DNA of 64,000 bases. Source: Blepharisma stoltei ATCC 30299. Its lineage: Eukaryota; Protista; Ciliophora. Both the position numbers and the translations under genes were made by a program. Position 1 is the stretch's first letter, and the number at the start of each line of letters is the position of its first letter. This document shows, one piece after another, positions 26,053-39,173 of this stretch. Location of the stretch: NCBI GenBank assembly GCA_965603825.1, contig CBFDEM010000053.1, forward strand, positions 310,001 through 374,000, in the 5' to 3' direction. The notes under the pieces were generated by a model. The model was not told where the DNA came from. It saw only the letters and a list, made by a program, of their open reading frames with translations, and did no database searches.

Positions 26053-27033
26053 CTATAAGAAATTTGGACTATTTAATAATTTATTTTGATCTTGCTCTAA
26101 CTCAATATCACAAAATACAAAAAGAGGGCCAGGTTTCCTGGAGGTAATAGTAACATTAAAAAAATCAAAGACACTTGTATATCCAGGAAATTTTTCAGCA
26201 TATTTATCAACATCTCTGGATAACTTTTCAACCACTTCTTCAGTGATTTTATCCTTACCCTTAGCCGGTATCATTTTTTCACACAGATTATCTTGTCTCA
26301 AACTTCTCGCAGCTATAATTACACTACTCAGCGCAATATCTGACTGTTTAAACTCCAAATGTTTATAATATATTTGAGAAATCCTGCATATCAGTTCTGC
26401 AGTCACCTGTATCACATTAGGAATCTTAAATTCTTCATACAAGCTTTGCAGAAAATCATAGCAGGTGCTCAAATTCACTATAAACCCAAGCTTTTTCAGT
26501 ATCAGTTTTTCAGTGATCAAGATTTCACTCACAGTGAATTTTTTATGGGCAATTTTTTCTCTTAAAGCTCCCAGTCTTATCCGATGTCTTGTATCAGAAA
26601 ATTTGGAAGCGATAAACATACAACAGACTCCAATTATATGGAGAAGCTGAGAAGACAAAGCCTGCTGATGGACTTTAAAGAACTTATCCATGATTTTGAC
26701 TGCGAGAAAAAACACAGCCTTGTGGCACTTAAATGCAGAAGTGACTTCAATCATTCAGTCTATCATTTTGGCTCGGAATTCTGGCAAAATGCTATGGTTG
26801 CTTAAAGGATTTGGGGTGTAAGAGAGTGTCTCAGATGATAACAGAGATCTTGAAAGGGCTTGGGAGAGCGGGATAATGTTATTTACTTGGAATTGGGATA
26901 TTTCAACATTGGGAGATCGGCTTCGGTTTCTAGATGTTCGGATGCTAATACGAGTTGCGGCTTCACATTTTACAGCAGGCAACTTTGTCTTTGAGAGCTG
27001 GGCACTGTTAGTTCGTCTATGCAAAGTTATCAT
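26053..27033 (-). CDS. Cyclin (A/B-like cyclin box)
   Basis: RAKMID-W(TGA)-MIEV, FLAVKIMDKF, CMFIASKF, EKLILKKLGF. Confidence 0.92.
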
Positions 27034-27108
27034 TATTAGTGACTTTTCACTTAAGGATACTTAAGATACACCTTAAAATTATATCTAACTCTCTTAAGTT
27101 AAGATTTA

Positions 27109-30100
27109 TTAAAGAACTTCAGGGAATTTCTTGCTTTTGATCAGCTCTATCTTCTCATAAACCTGCTTCTTGAACTCATTTTGCTTATCTTCTACTTTCT
27201 GCAGATTTGAATTCCCTTGCTTCACGATCTCTCCTATCCTCCTATTCATTCCATCATAACTAGTTTGGTTGTCTTTTATAACTTTATCCAGCCTATTTTG
27301 GAGTAATAAAATGTCTTTCAATAATATCTGGCCTTGTTTTTCTAGTGTAGTAGTCGATTTAGAGTCAGAGTCGTCCTCGCTACTGGTACAAAGCTGCAAA
27401 TGCATAGGAGTTCCTGAATGCCTTCTCCAGAATAAAATAGCTTCATACTCTATAATCATTGCAACCATTGACTGGATATCAGCGACCACCATGTCTTCTT
27501 GCACTCTCCCATAAGTTTCTCCCATAATTGCGACCAATAAATTGAACATCATAAGAGGGTTTACAATGGTCGCGACATAAAAGCATGACCACTCAGCACC
27601 TGAATAATTGCCATAGTCAAAAGCTCCGAATAAAAGCAAAAACGAATGGATCAAGGCTTCAGAAAACGTCTTTTCCTCTGATAAGCCACTTAATACTTGG
27701 AACATCAACGTAAAAGCTAATACAGAAAAGGCAAGCACCACAGCAAAAGGAATCATATCATGCAAAATTTCTGTCAGCATTCTGATCATATAGCGTGTCT
27801 GCTTAAAAACTCTGAAAAATCCTATCCCTCTTTGAAAAGAAGCTAATAAAATCAACGCAAGCATGGTAGTTGACAGCTCTCCGCCTACAAAAGGCTCAAT
27901 AAATGAATATGCAAAGATCAATAAAATTCTTGCCATGTCTAGCCAGTTCCAAAAATCTTGAAGATATTGTTTGATTCCTATAGTGATCTGGAAGCACTCA
28001 TAAAAGAATAATATAAAGTTCAGCACTATAATAGAAACGAATAAAACTGTATCCTGGCCTGGGGAAGTTTGCATTAGTGAATAGTACCCTAATATGAATA
28101 AAAATAATATATAAAAAGCTGCATGGACAAGCATTAAAGGTCTGATTGTTTTCCATTTGGATTTTATAATGGTAGATATGATAGGTGCTGTATAAACGTC
28201 TTGGTCTTCGCACGCAATTAGTGTTGTAAGAAACTTTATACCTTCTAAATTGCCTAGTGTCATATTAAATTTGAAAGAGCTTACCCTATAAATTAAAAAC
28301 TGCTCGTTTTCTTTAGAACTGAGGGTAGTTTTGATGAAGTTTTTACAGTCAATGTGGTAGCTGTTTGAAGAAAATGGGTGGCCTTCTTTGGTTTTAAGCA
28401 CGCCAAACTGTTCTAAATCTGGCTGCTTTGACCTTTGGAATGCTGCATTATAAAGGGTTGACAAATTTGGGGTTGCTAATTCATTAAGCCTAGGAAGCTC
28501 AACTTCAATTCTTGTGAAAATATGCCAATCTACCTTAGTATATTTTGCTATTTTTTTGATGACTAAATCAATAAGTTCTTTATTTTTCGAATCCAAAGCC
28601 AAAGTCAAAGGGGTAACTCCAGAAGTGGTACTTAAAAATTTGCAGCGGCCTTTAAAGGCCAAATTTGCATATTTTAGGTTGACTGTATATGCAAATAGAT
28701 GGAGAATATTGATCCTCCATGGAAGAATTACCCACTCATTGAGATGGGAAGGATATTCACCATCATACTCGTTTTCCATGAATAGCTTGAAATATGAAGT
28801 AAATAGCATGGAGTATATTGATGGGCCAAATATATATAGATCATTTGCTTTTGCCTTAACTGGGTTTCTCAGTCTGATAATCTCATTTGTGCTTACCACA
28901 TAAATTTTCCCATTAATATTATCAAGCAAAATCTGCTTAGGGCGAAGGTTCACTTTTATAGTCCCTATTAAGATTTTATCAGTTGTTGACCAAAACTGTA
29001 TCTCGTCTTTTTGAGTGCCTACCAATAAATACTCTCCATCTTCAGATATAGAGCATGATAAAAGTTTTGAAACCTTAGGAGCTGGCCTTCTACCAGTTGC
29101 AGCTGCTCCTATTCAGCTGCCCTGTCTTTCTTGTCTTTCATGGAAAATTTTATGTCTTCTTTCTTCGTTTTCCTCATTTTCATCATCAGCTTTTAATTCT
29201 TCTTCCTCATCTTGTACACAATTAAAAGAAGTGATAAGGGTATTGAAATTAAGGTTCCATATATCTATCATACCGTTTCCACCTACTGAAACTATGTGAT
29301 TTGTAAAATAATTTGGTTTAAGAGTGTAGATTTGCTGAGCGAACCCTTTTAATACAGCCCTTTCTGACTCCTGAATATTCACAGCTAAGACATGAAGCTC
29401 ATTTTCTGTGGCATAAATCACTGTTGTGGAGTCTGGAGAAAAGCAAATAGATTTCACAGGCTGTGCTACAGAAAGAGTTTTAATAGGATTATAAGTATTC
29501 AAATCATATATAGCGACTTCTCCTTTTTCATAATCACTTGCAGCAGATGCAAACTTTTGTCCATCTTTACTAAAATCTACAGAAACCACTGGCAATGTAT
29601 GCTCCGATAATGACTGAATTTCTTTCTTTATTTTCAAATCCCACAATTTCACATTAGAAAACTGAAACCCTACTGCCATCAAAGTTCCAGTCCCATTTAT
29701 AGTCAAACACTTAGGGCTACCTTCAAATTTCCTCAAGTTTTCGCTTACTCCCGTTTCAACATCAGTTTGTTTTACTATAAGATCTTCTCCAACGGTAAAA
29801 ATAGATTTTCCATCAGATGAAATAATGGCTGCATTTATCTCTTCATGTATGACAATTCTTTCTTTTCTTTGCAGTTCTTCCACAAGCCTAATCCTTCTAA
29901 TTGTCTTATCGCTTTCTCCAATAAACAAGTATTTTCCATCAGGAGAACAAGCAGCTACTTTTGGAGGTGAAGGAAGCTTAAATTCAGTTTCATACCTAGC
30001 TTCTTGTGTGTTATATAAATAAAGCTTCCCTTTAGCACTGCCTGTTATAATATAGCGAGAGTTTTCTATATGGCACATTGCAGTTATCTGAGACTTGTGC

Positions 30101-30864
30101 TTAGGCAGAAGTGTTTTTTCGCCTGAAACAATGTTCCAGAGCCTGACTATTTTGTCTTCTCCACCAGTCACTAGTACTCCTTTATCAATAATATCCCCGA
30201 TATTTGATTTTTCAGTATATGGGCAGTAAATCATATAGTTAATTTTGGCTTCTTGGATGATCTCCATATGGAATTCTAGTCCTTCACTGTTCCATATAAC
30301 GATTTTCATATCTGTTCCAGCTGTAATGAAAACGTTATCATCTTTAGCGAAACAAATTTCTCTTATATATCCTTTGTGATGCCTCAGCTCCTTCTTTAAT
30401 TTCCTTGTTTCAAGATCATAAACGTAAATAATATCTTCTAAACCTCCAGCCACAATCAAATTCCGCTGAGTGCTTGCAGCAAGGGCTTTTATAGCTGCTG
30501 AAGGGCCAGAAAGTTGGGCGATTTTTTCTTTTGCGTCGAGATCCCACAAGATAATTGATCTGTCCTCGCCAGCGCTAGCAATTTTGTCAATGCCAACATT
30601 TGATAAACAGTTGACTTTCCCTTTGTGGCCTTGGAAGGGAAAGTTTTCCATGCTTTGGGTCTGGTAAACTTGGATCAGGCCATCCGCAGTTCCAACCAGC
30701 AGGAATTTGTTATCAGTTGTAAGTAATAAAGAAATGATGTCGAGGTTTAAGTTAAAAGTGTCTACACGCTTATCGAATTCTCTGAGTACCTGTGTTAAGA
30801 AGTTATTCAACTGGCCAGTTGGGAAATTCTGAAGCTCAATATAACCAGCAGGATTTGGTTCCAT
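27109..30864 (-). CDS. WD40-repeat + TRP-like 6TM cation channel (about 1251 aa)
   Basis: Many WD repeats; ankyrin-like TPLTLAL; DFWNWLD, FFRVFKQTRYMIRML, pore LLFGAFD, FNLLVAIMGETY; C-terminal coiled coil; TGA 29113 = W joins the two track ORFs. Confidence 0.9.
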
Positions 30865-31002
30865 TAATAGAGTATTATAGAAAAGAATGATTTTATGAAG
30901 TAAAGATTGAGGAATTCTTGTGAGGAGAAATAACTTGTGATAATTTTATGGAAAGAGAGATAAGGATGATTAAATATGATTAAATGGAATAAAAAATAAA
31001 AA

Positions 31003-31075
31003 CTCCGAGACCGGGAATTGAACCCGGGTCCCCTGCGTGACAGGCAGGGATACTTGACCACTATACTATCTCGGA
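31003..31075 (-). tRNA. tRNA-Asp(GTC)
   Basis: TCCGAGA/TCTCGGA acceptor stem, CCTGC-CT-GTC-AC-GCAGG anticodon arm, GGTTCAATTCC T arm, followed by an oligo-T Pol III terminator. Confidence 0.97.
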
Positions 31076-31391
31076 TTGATTTTTACTTATTAAAATTCTT
31101 TATATACTAAAGCACAAAACTTAATTGAAAATTTAGAATTATTAATGGCTGTCTATATTTGTCACATCAAATTTAAAAAATTTCTCTTTTTTCACACCTC
31201 TTAAAGCACGAATTCTTGCTAAAATCAATTGGAATCAATGTTTTCTTTGATACTACCAACTAATAAACGCAATCTTAGCTTTGTGTCATACAAATTACTT
31301 ATGAGCTGCATGAAAATTTAGTTAGAATTGATTTAATCTAAGGATAATCAGCTATAACTTGAAATCTGTGCTCCCAAAACCCCTTATTTCT

Positions 31392-32117
31392 CTATAGAGG
31401 CCTACATCCAATTTCCAGTTTGTTTTTCGAAAGGCAGCAAGTCCAATATCTTCCTTGCGCACTCCATTTCCCAGGATGGTAATTGACCTTCCTCAATTCA
31501 AGCTCTTGCAGTAGCCCTTCTTCCTCTTTTTCATATTTTTCCTTATCTGCAAGCTCCTTATCAAGCCTCTCAATCTCTTCCCTTATCTTTCTCGTTCTCT
31601 CCTTAATAACTTCTGACTGGCTTTCCATCAAAAACCCTTTAAAAGCTTGCAGAATTTCGTCTTCACTGATCTGAGCATCCAAAATTTTATTAAAATTGCA
31701 TACTTTTTTGCACAATTCTGAACAAACCATCGGCGACAGACAATATCTTTCAAGCTTAAGCAGCTTTTTGCGACAGATAGGGCTTGAGCATATGAAAACT
31801 TCATAATCGCACGTTTTTTCGTGCTCCAAAACATCATGAATTGGTCCTTCCAATAAGCAGCCATTGGCGGAATTTATGCATTTCAAGGTAAGTTTCTTAT
31901 AGTACTGCAGAGCATACTTTGAGGTTGTGCGCGGCTTTATTTGGTTATTACACTGTGGGCACATATCAAGTTTGGATATACAGTCTGCACAAGCTAGGTT
32001 TTCACATACAGAGCATTCTAAAGGGTCGACTGATACATGTTTGCAGCTCATACAGATGAAATAGTCGTCAACTTTGCAGGTGAAGCGGTCTATTGTGATT
32101 ATTGATGTCTCGCTCAT
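31392..32117 (-). CDS. RING/TRAF-type zinc-finger protein with coiled coil and C-terminal BTK-type Zn motif
   Basis: CMSC...CSVCENLACADC...CPQC; CINSANGC...HEKTC; YHPGKW...WTCC...GC. Confidence 0.8.
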   Translation of the reverse strand: MSETSIITIDRFTCKVDDYFICMSCKHVSVDPLECSVCENLACADCISKLDMCPQCNNQIKPRTTSKYALQYYKKLTLKCINSANGCLLEGPIHDVLEHEKTCDYEVFICSSPICRKKLLKLERYCLSPMVCSELCKKVCNFNKILDAQISEDEILQAFKGFLMESQSEVIKERTRKIREEIERLDKELADKEKYEKEEEGLLQELELRKVNYHPGKWSAQGRYWTCCLSKNKLEIGCRPL

Positions 32118-32165
32118 TTAATTTAATTTTCCCCATGATATCAAACGAGAATTTTCATAAAGAAA

Positions 32166-34310
32166 ATGGAGCATAAAGATAATTATGTTTGCTCAGCTTT
32201 TGGGTATGGAAAATATGGGCAGCTCGGAGCGATTTCTATTACTCCAAGCCAAGTTCCCAATATAATCAACGTTGACGAGCCTATTTTTTCAGCTTCAGCT
32301 GGAGAAGGCCATACTGCTGTGCTTACAGAAAACTTTCATTTGTTTACTTTTGGAAGGAATGCGTTTGGACAGCTTGGTCTTGGGCATAATTTGCCTATTT
32401 ATGTGCCTACTTTGTTACAATCGTTGAGTTCTAAACAAATTGAGGCTGTTTTTTGTGGGGCTGAACATACTTTGGCGATAACTGCAGATGGCGAAGTTTA
32501 TACATGAGGGTTGAATATAAAAGGACAATTAGGGCTGGGGGACAATTTGAATAGAAATTCTCCGACACTGGTAGAAAATGTTTCTAGCAGGCTGGTACCG
32601 AATCAGAGCTGTAGCTTGGAGAGAGGGGAAAGGGCGATTTCTGCAGCTTGTGGAGCATTGCATACACTGATTTTGACTGATAGGAATAAAGTATTGTCGT
32701 GTGGGCATGGGAATAATTTTGCATTGGGACATAGCACACAAGAAGATGTAAACCGATTCAGACAAATCAGACATTTAGAAGGGATGGGAAAGGTTGACAA
32801 GCTAGAAGCAGGATTAACCAGTTCTGCAGCAATTATCCAAGGAAATTTATATCTCTGAGGAAAAATAAGTGTCCAAACATACCAAGTTCCTTCACAAATA
32901 TGCTTTGAAGTAACCTCACCCTCAATAAGCAGGGCCAAGTCAAATTCCCCCAGAAGTGGGAATGTTGAAGACGTAGCCCTCGGAGATAATTTTGTATTTT
33001 GCATTGTCAAAGGAAACCTATGAGGCTGAGGAGAAGGCGCTGGGCTCAGAAAACAAGAGCCTACCCGCTTAGAAATAAACAAAGCTATCAAATATGTAAG
33101 CTGCGGCTTGAAGCATGCAGTTGGCATCACAAACGACTACAACATTTTTGTATGAGGAAACGGAGATTTCGCCCAATGTGGAGAAGTTGGCAGCGCAAAC
33201 ACACCAGCTTATTTGTCAAGTTATACAAGTGCGCTGGCATCTAAAATCGCTTGCGGGAGCTACCATACTGTAGTTTTATCTGAAAGGCCGCCATCTATAG
33301 TAAATCAGCACCAATCAAGGTCAAATCTTGAAGCTGAGTGCTCACAGCATCTTGCAGAAATTCAGAGGCTGAAAAAAGAGCTTGAAGAGTATAAGAAGTC
33401 GTCAGATAGTGAAGTAATAAGGAGGACTCCGCAGAAAAATGCGTATTTAGAAAAAGATTTGGTGAAAATTGCATCAAATAATAAACATGTGACTCCTTAT
33501 TTTGAAGTAAGCTATGAGGAATTACAGATTGATCCTGAGCCAATAGGAAGAGGAGGATATGGGACTGTTTATAAAGGGAAATGGAGAGGAAGCACAGTGG
33601 CGATTAAAAAGATGAAAATGGAGGCGGGGCATGATCGATACAAAGAATTCATTCAAGAATGCCAAACAATGGTCTCAGTGAGACATCCAAATATTGTTCT
33701 TTTTATGGGAGCCTGCACAATATCTCCTAATTTATGCATTATATTAGAATATTGCGGATATGGCTCATTATGAGACGTCTTAAGAAACCACAGCGAGCCT
33801 TTGCCATGATATCTGCGTTGCAAAATTGCTTTGGACACAGCCAAAGGTGTAAACTACCTTCACAAATTTCCTACCCCTATTTTACATCGGGATTTAAAAT
33901 CTTTGAATATCCTATTAGATGACGCACAAAACGCAAAAATCGCTGATTTTGGCTGGACAAGATTTAAAGCTGATGCCATGACAAATAGAATTGGGACATA
34001 TCAATGAATGGCTCCCGAGGTTATTTTAGGGCAAGAATACTCAGAAAAAGCTGATGTTTATAGCTTTGGGATTATTCTATGAGAATTAGCTACAAGAAAA
34101 CCACCATTTAGAGAACTTAATGGAATCCAGGTTTCCCAAGAAGTCGTAAGAAATGATCTAAGGCCACCTGTCCCTAAAAGATGTCCTGAAGCGTTTGTGT
34201 CGCTGATGACTAGATGCTGGGAAAAGCAGCCAAATCTGAGGCCAAGTTTCGATGTAATTATAGAAGAGTTGGAAGCATTTTTGAAGTTTTTGGAAAGGTC
34301 ATCAGTCTAA
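32166..34310 (+). CDS. RCC1-repeat + TKL (Raf/MLK-like) protein kinase
   Basis: Repeated W-G-x-N-x-x-GQLGLG and CGxxHT; [29 protein letters not shown]; many TGA=W. Confidence 0.93.
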
Positions 34311-34457
34311 TTGATTACCATTTTCAAAAATACTTTAGATTAATAGAAGAATTTATAGAGAATCTATTTTATAAGATAATAAGCCACAAATTCAAATTAA
34401 TAGCTTAGAATATAAAGTAATCAAATAAAATTCCATTTATCCCCAAAAGATATAAAA

Positions 34458-35430
34458 ATGAATTCAATCCTTTATAAGGTGTTCGTTTGCCTCTTTTACG
34501 GATTGTGCTCATTCGGCCTCAGCTTTATCAACAAATGGATTTTTGCCTTCTACGACTTCAAGTTTCCTTTCATTGTAATGGTTTATCTAGCTACTTTTAC
34601 TTCAATTTGTTTTTAATGCAGGATTTAGCGTCACATATGGTGCCTTTGTTGATAATGGACCAAAAGCGATATGGAAAGTCCCAAAACTCACCTTAGATGG
34701 CTGCAAATCTTGTTTGATTATCAGCTGCACCTTTCTTTCAAACGTCTCATTTGGGGTCATATCATTAACAAAAGTCAGCATCCCTGTCTTTCTTGCTATT
34801 AGAAGAATGGTCACAATTTTGATCTATATTGTGGATCTCACATATTTGGGGAAGCCATGGAAAATTTTAGAATTCTTAGGTGTCGTATTAATTACTGTTG
34901 GCGGCATTTTATCAGCTGTATTTTTTATTTAGGCAAACGATTTCTACGCTGACTATTTCGGGTACTTTTTGGTTATGATGAATAATGCTGCAACTGTCCT
35001 TCACTTTAATTTATGCAAATCACTGTCGCAGAAAAAGCCAGAATTAGATGCTGGGGCTCAGACTTTTTATATGTCGCTATTATCTATTCCTGTTTTGCTA
35101 TGCTTATGCCTTTTTGCAGAAGATACAAACTCATACGAATTATTTGATAGGGCAAAGCCGTTCTATATTTCCTTATTTATTACAACGGTAATGGGATGCC
35201 TTTTGACGTTTTCTCAAGCCCTTTGCATTAATGTTAATTCACCAATCGCTACTTCTGTTACTGGGAATTGCAAAGATATTTTGGCAACAATTGTAGGGTT
35301 ATTGGTATTTCCAGATGTACTAATCACACCTTGGCTCTTAATAGGATTAGCTGCAAGCTTATCAGGAGCTATTATTTATTCTTATTCGAAGCTGCTAGAT
35401 GAGTTACAAAAATCATCTAAAGTTAAGTAA
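34458..35430 (+). CDS. Nucleotide-sugar transporter (SLC35D/TPT family)
   Basis: FINKW, FKFP, SIPVFLAIRR, SPIATSVTGNCK; introns 34575-34590 (16 nt) and 34918-34932 (15 nt). Confidence 0.88.
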
Positions 35431-35553
35431 TTATTTATCTTCAAATGGCACTTCTTATGCTATAATATGGCTCTTAATTTTTTATAATGACAGTTTTAAT
35501 ATTTTCACCTGCAATTTTTATATATTCTAGCTGAATGATATAAATTACTTAAC

Positions 35554-36384
35554 TTAACCTGCAAACTCAGCAGGCATTTTTACTCCAGTCCCTCCAATCC
35601 CGCAATACCCTCCAGGATTTTTCCCTAGGTACTGCTGATGATAATCTTCTGCAAAATAGAATTCCGCCACAGGTCTAATTTCTGTAGTAATTGACCCAAA
35701 CGAAGCTTTATATAGTTCTCTCTGATACAAATTTCTGCTCGCTATCGCTTTTTCTCTCTGCTCCAAATTAAATACAAAAATCATTGACCTATACTGTGGG
35801 CCCACATCTTCACCTTGTTGCATTCCTTGAGTGGGATCGTGGTACTCCCAGAAAATCTTTAACAATCTTTCATAAGAAATTTGTTTCGGGTCATACACAA
35901 TCCTCACAACTTCTGTATGGCCAGTAAATCCTGTATATACCTCATCATATTTAGGGTTCCTTGTGTACCCAGCTGCATATCCTACTTGGGTAGAATACAC
36001 ACCTAGCTGCTTCCAAAACAGCCTTTCCACACCCCAAAAGCAGCCCATCCCGAACATAGCGATTTCCATTCCTTCTGGAAAAGGCTCAACAAGCGGCGTT
36101 TCCAGTACAAAATGCCTATCAATGACTTTTATAGGTGTTTCTCTGCCTATAAAAGCTTCTTCTGGATTAGGGATCCCTGGAGATCTTAGATGCAGTTTGT
36201 GGCACTCTTCATCATCTTTACAAGCTGGGCATTCATAAGCCTTCGCAATTTCAATTGTTTCTGCTAAAAGTAGGCTATGGATTTCATTCTTAAGACTATA
36301 GCTGCAGAATAAGTTACTCCCTGCATCTGAGTACAAGCTATACACAAAAAGAGCTTTGATAAGAAACAAAACGCCGATTTTCAT
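35554..36384 (-). CDS. MSRA: Peptide methionine sulfoxide reductase A
   Basis: GMGCFWGVE, GHTEVV, HDPT, QYRS, AEDYHQQYL, GYC; start placed at MKIGVLFL. Confidence 0.95.
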   Translation of the reverse strand: MKIGVLFLIKALFVYSLYSDAGSNLFCSYSLKNEIHSLLLAETIEIAKAYECPACKDDEECHKLHLRSPGIPNPEEAFIGRETPIKVIDRHFVLETPLVEPFPEGMEIAMFGMGCFWGVERLFWKQLGVYSTQVGYAAGYTRNPKYDEVYTGFTGHTEVVRIVYDPKQISYERLLKIFWEYHDPTQGMQQGEDVGPQYRSMIFVFNLEQREKAIASRNLYQRELYKASFGSITTEIRPVAEFYFAEDYHQQYLGKNPGGYCGIGGTGVKMPAEFAG

Positions 36385-36447
36385 ATTAAATAAGTAATAA
36401 TTCTTATTGGCGCTGCATTTTTGCAATTATTTATCCTTAAATTTAAT

Positions 36448-37878
36448 CTAGACTAATCCCCATACTTCAAGCTTTAAAATTTCAAAGTCTTCAGTTGAGC
36501 TTAGGACACTATTATTGTAGGTTTCTGAGTGCCCACTAGATCCTGACATTAATTCTCTGTCAACGTAAAGGCCAGCTTTTCCACTACATAAAAATTACCC
36601 TGAGCCCATTGTAAGGGCATCCAAATCTGAGTGCATGTAATAATCATTGATAAGTGTTGGAAAATAACAAGTGATTTGGTCTGAGTTACGGAAAGTAAAT
36701 AAAAAGCAGTCACCTGTGCCGTAATATGTATGGTGCATTTGCCAGGTATCGGACACAAATCCTCCGAAAACATGGTGGTTTTGGTCTTGGATTACCATCA
36801 CACTTGGGCCAGTTGCTTCTACTTGTCGATAGAAAACAGATAAGCTTGACCCGTGGACTATAGGTGAATATAGTAATTCCCAATTTCTCATCTGAAGAAT
36901 TGTAGGCAAATAAATTGTTATTTGGTTTATCATTCTTTGAGACAGAATCAATGATTGTCTTGACAGAGTCGGAATAAACTCTGGCTCATCTAAATTCTGC
37001 TGCTGTGCGCTTTTACTGATTTCTTCGTTGATTTCTACAATTTCTGCTTTAAGTTCTTCATAGTCGTCAGCTGGGTTTATATTGACTTCTTGAGGCGAAG
37101 AACTTATGTGCTCTTCCACGATTCTTTTAAATGACTTATTTACGTCGAAATATGGCACATAAGTAGAAGATGCTAACTCATCGCTGACTGCTAAGGACTT
37201 TATTTTTTCTTCTATAAGTGCTAAAAGCTGCTCTGCAGTGGATTTTTGCTCTAAATAAGTGAGTCTTGTTGAGTTTACTAAATCAGCAATCTATATAGAA
37301 ACTACTCTAAAATAAACATTCGCCTTAGGGAGGTTTATTCTTGGTCCTCTTTTTTCTCTTCCAGTCCTACTGAGCAAGAATTGGGTAAAAAATACCCTCC
37401 CTTTACTATCTTCTACTGATACACTATTTATTGAAGGCAATTCATAAATTCTGCACTTTATAATATCTCTCATATCCATGCAAGCTTGGAATTGCAACGC
37501 AATAGCTCTCTCTTTGCCGCGGGGAGAGATAATTTCGCAGTAATTTTTATTGATGATAAATGGATCAAACATAATAAGTTCATCTGTTACGCTGAGAATT
37601 CCTAAAACATCACCATCACGAGTACAATAATAAACCTCTTGTTTATGAACCTTTTTCTGAGCCTCAGCCTGCAGTGGAGTTGCTGGGGACTCTATTTTCT
37701 TTTCCTCTTCAGCGGGTTTTTTCTGTCCTTCTTTGACTTTTAAGACCATTCCTGGTAAAACTAAAGAATCCTCAGTTAGTTGGTTAATCCTAAGTAGATT
37801 GTAAAGTGACATTCCGAACTGAAATGCTATAGTCGCCCAAGAATCGCCTTCTTTAACAACATAATTGTCATATCCCAT
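36448..37878 (-). CDS. OXR1: LysM + TLDc protein (OXR1/NCOA7-like)
   Basis: YVVKEGDSWATIA LysM; WELLYS...HGSSL...VFGGF...YYGTGDCFLF...LEVWG; 15-nt introns 37291-37305 and 36584-36598. Confidence 0.9.
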
Positions 37879-38055
37879 TTTATTTCATTGCGATGGGTAA
37901 TAGATTTATCTTTTTATGCATAATTGGAAGGTTCATAATATTCTAATCAAAAAATAAAAAACGAATAAATGATGAAAACAAGTAAAAAATCGAAATTAAT
38001 GAAAATTATTGCAAAGGGTAGATAATTTATTAGAAATAAGCGGCTTAGTAATAAA

Positions 38056-38418
38056 ATGGAAGACAGACTAGGTCCAGAATTTGCAAACGCAATGTTTTTG
38101 AGCATTTCAGAAGTCAAGACTCTGCTTGAGTATTTCAAAAGAGAAGGCTACATGAGTGCTTCAAATAATCCTCTCTTTGAACAAATATTTGCATATGTCA
38201 AAAGATATGATCGTTTCCCGGATATTCAGGTATCTGACCAAGCTAAAAATATGTTGCAGGAGCATCATTTCCAAGATGCTGAGATTGCTATGCTAATGAA
38301 TCTTTGTCCTCATTCAGCAGAAGAAGCGAGAAGCTTGATCCCTGAGCTGAATAGAATAGAATCAGATGAGGAGCTTAATGCCACTTTAGAAGAGCTTGTG
38401 AGACTTAAAAACCTTTAA
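38056..38418 (+). CDS. RPB4: RNA polymerase II subunit Rpb4
   Basis: LSISEV, EIAMLMNLCPHSAEEARSLIPEL. Confidence 0.92.
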   Translation: MEDRLGPEFANAMFLSISEVKTLLEYFKREGYMSASNNPLFEQIFAYVKRYDRFPDIQVSDQAKNMLQEHHFQDAEIAMLMNLCPHSAEEARSLIPELNRIESDEELNATLEELVRLKNL

Positions 38419-38651
38419 TAACAATTACTTTTACATACAAAAATTATAATCTATACTCGTTTATATCTATTTTATTATAGCATAATTCAAAAAGTATTTT
38501 TTCCTTAACCAAAATCTTAGCACAGAATTTATAAAATCCAATAATATCAATAAGGTATAAAAGTCCCCTTAAATCATTAAAATTCATGAGAATTAATAGA
38601 TTCATGCTTAAATCTCAATAATTTTCTAACACGCTAATATTTAATATCAAA

Positions 38652-39173
38652 ATGGTATCACTCGACGAAAGGCTTGAACTCTTGTTTATACAAAACCAAA
38701 TTGAAGAGGTCCACAACGGAATAATTCCTGACTCTCCAATCCTAAGTTTTAATTTTGACAGCTTGTTATCAACTCCTCCGACCTTTTCTAAAGCATCATC
38801 AAACTCTTGTTTGTCTTCAAGAAAAAGAACTATAAAGGACCTTAGGTCAAAAAAAATCAGACAGCCAATTTTAGACGAAAATTATGATTACACACTTTTT
38901 CAAAATGAAAACGATAAAAAACCATCTAAAATTATCAATGATTTTAGACTTACTGAGCCTGAGGGGCAAGAAGAGTTTTGTAAACCGTTAAAATTTATCA
39001 GTGATAGTCCATTAGTCAGCCCTCTTAGAAATCAATCAACAAACAACCTTAAAAGAAAATTTTCTCCGTATAACGGAATCGACATATCTCAAGAAAATTT
39101 TAAGAAATTGAAAAGCAATTTTTCTTCATGGCTTAAAAATGAGGAAATCGCTAAATCTTGTATATTGAATTAA
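38652..39173 (+). CDS. Hypothetical, probably disordered protein
   Basis: 173-aa ORF with ATG in a typical AAAATG context; S/P/K rich. Confidence 0.6.
   Translation: MVSLDERLELLFIQNQIEEVHNGIIPDSPILSFNFDSLLSTPPTFSKASSNSCLSSRKRTIKDLRSKKIRQPILDENYDYTLFQNENDKKPSKIINDFRLTEPEGQEEFCKPLKFISDSPLVSPLRNQSTNNLKRKFSPYNGIDISQENFKKLKSNFSSWLKNEEIAKSCILN

Noticed and set aside
30864-31061. 65-aa ORF in the track
   Set aside because: Overlaps tRNA-Asp and AT-rich spacer; spurious
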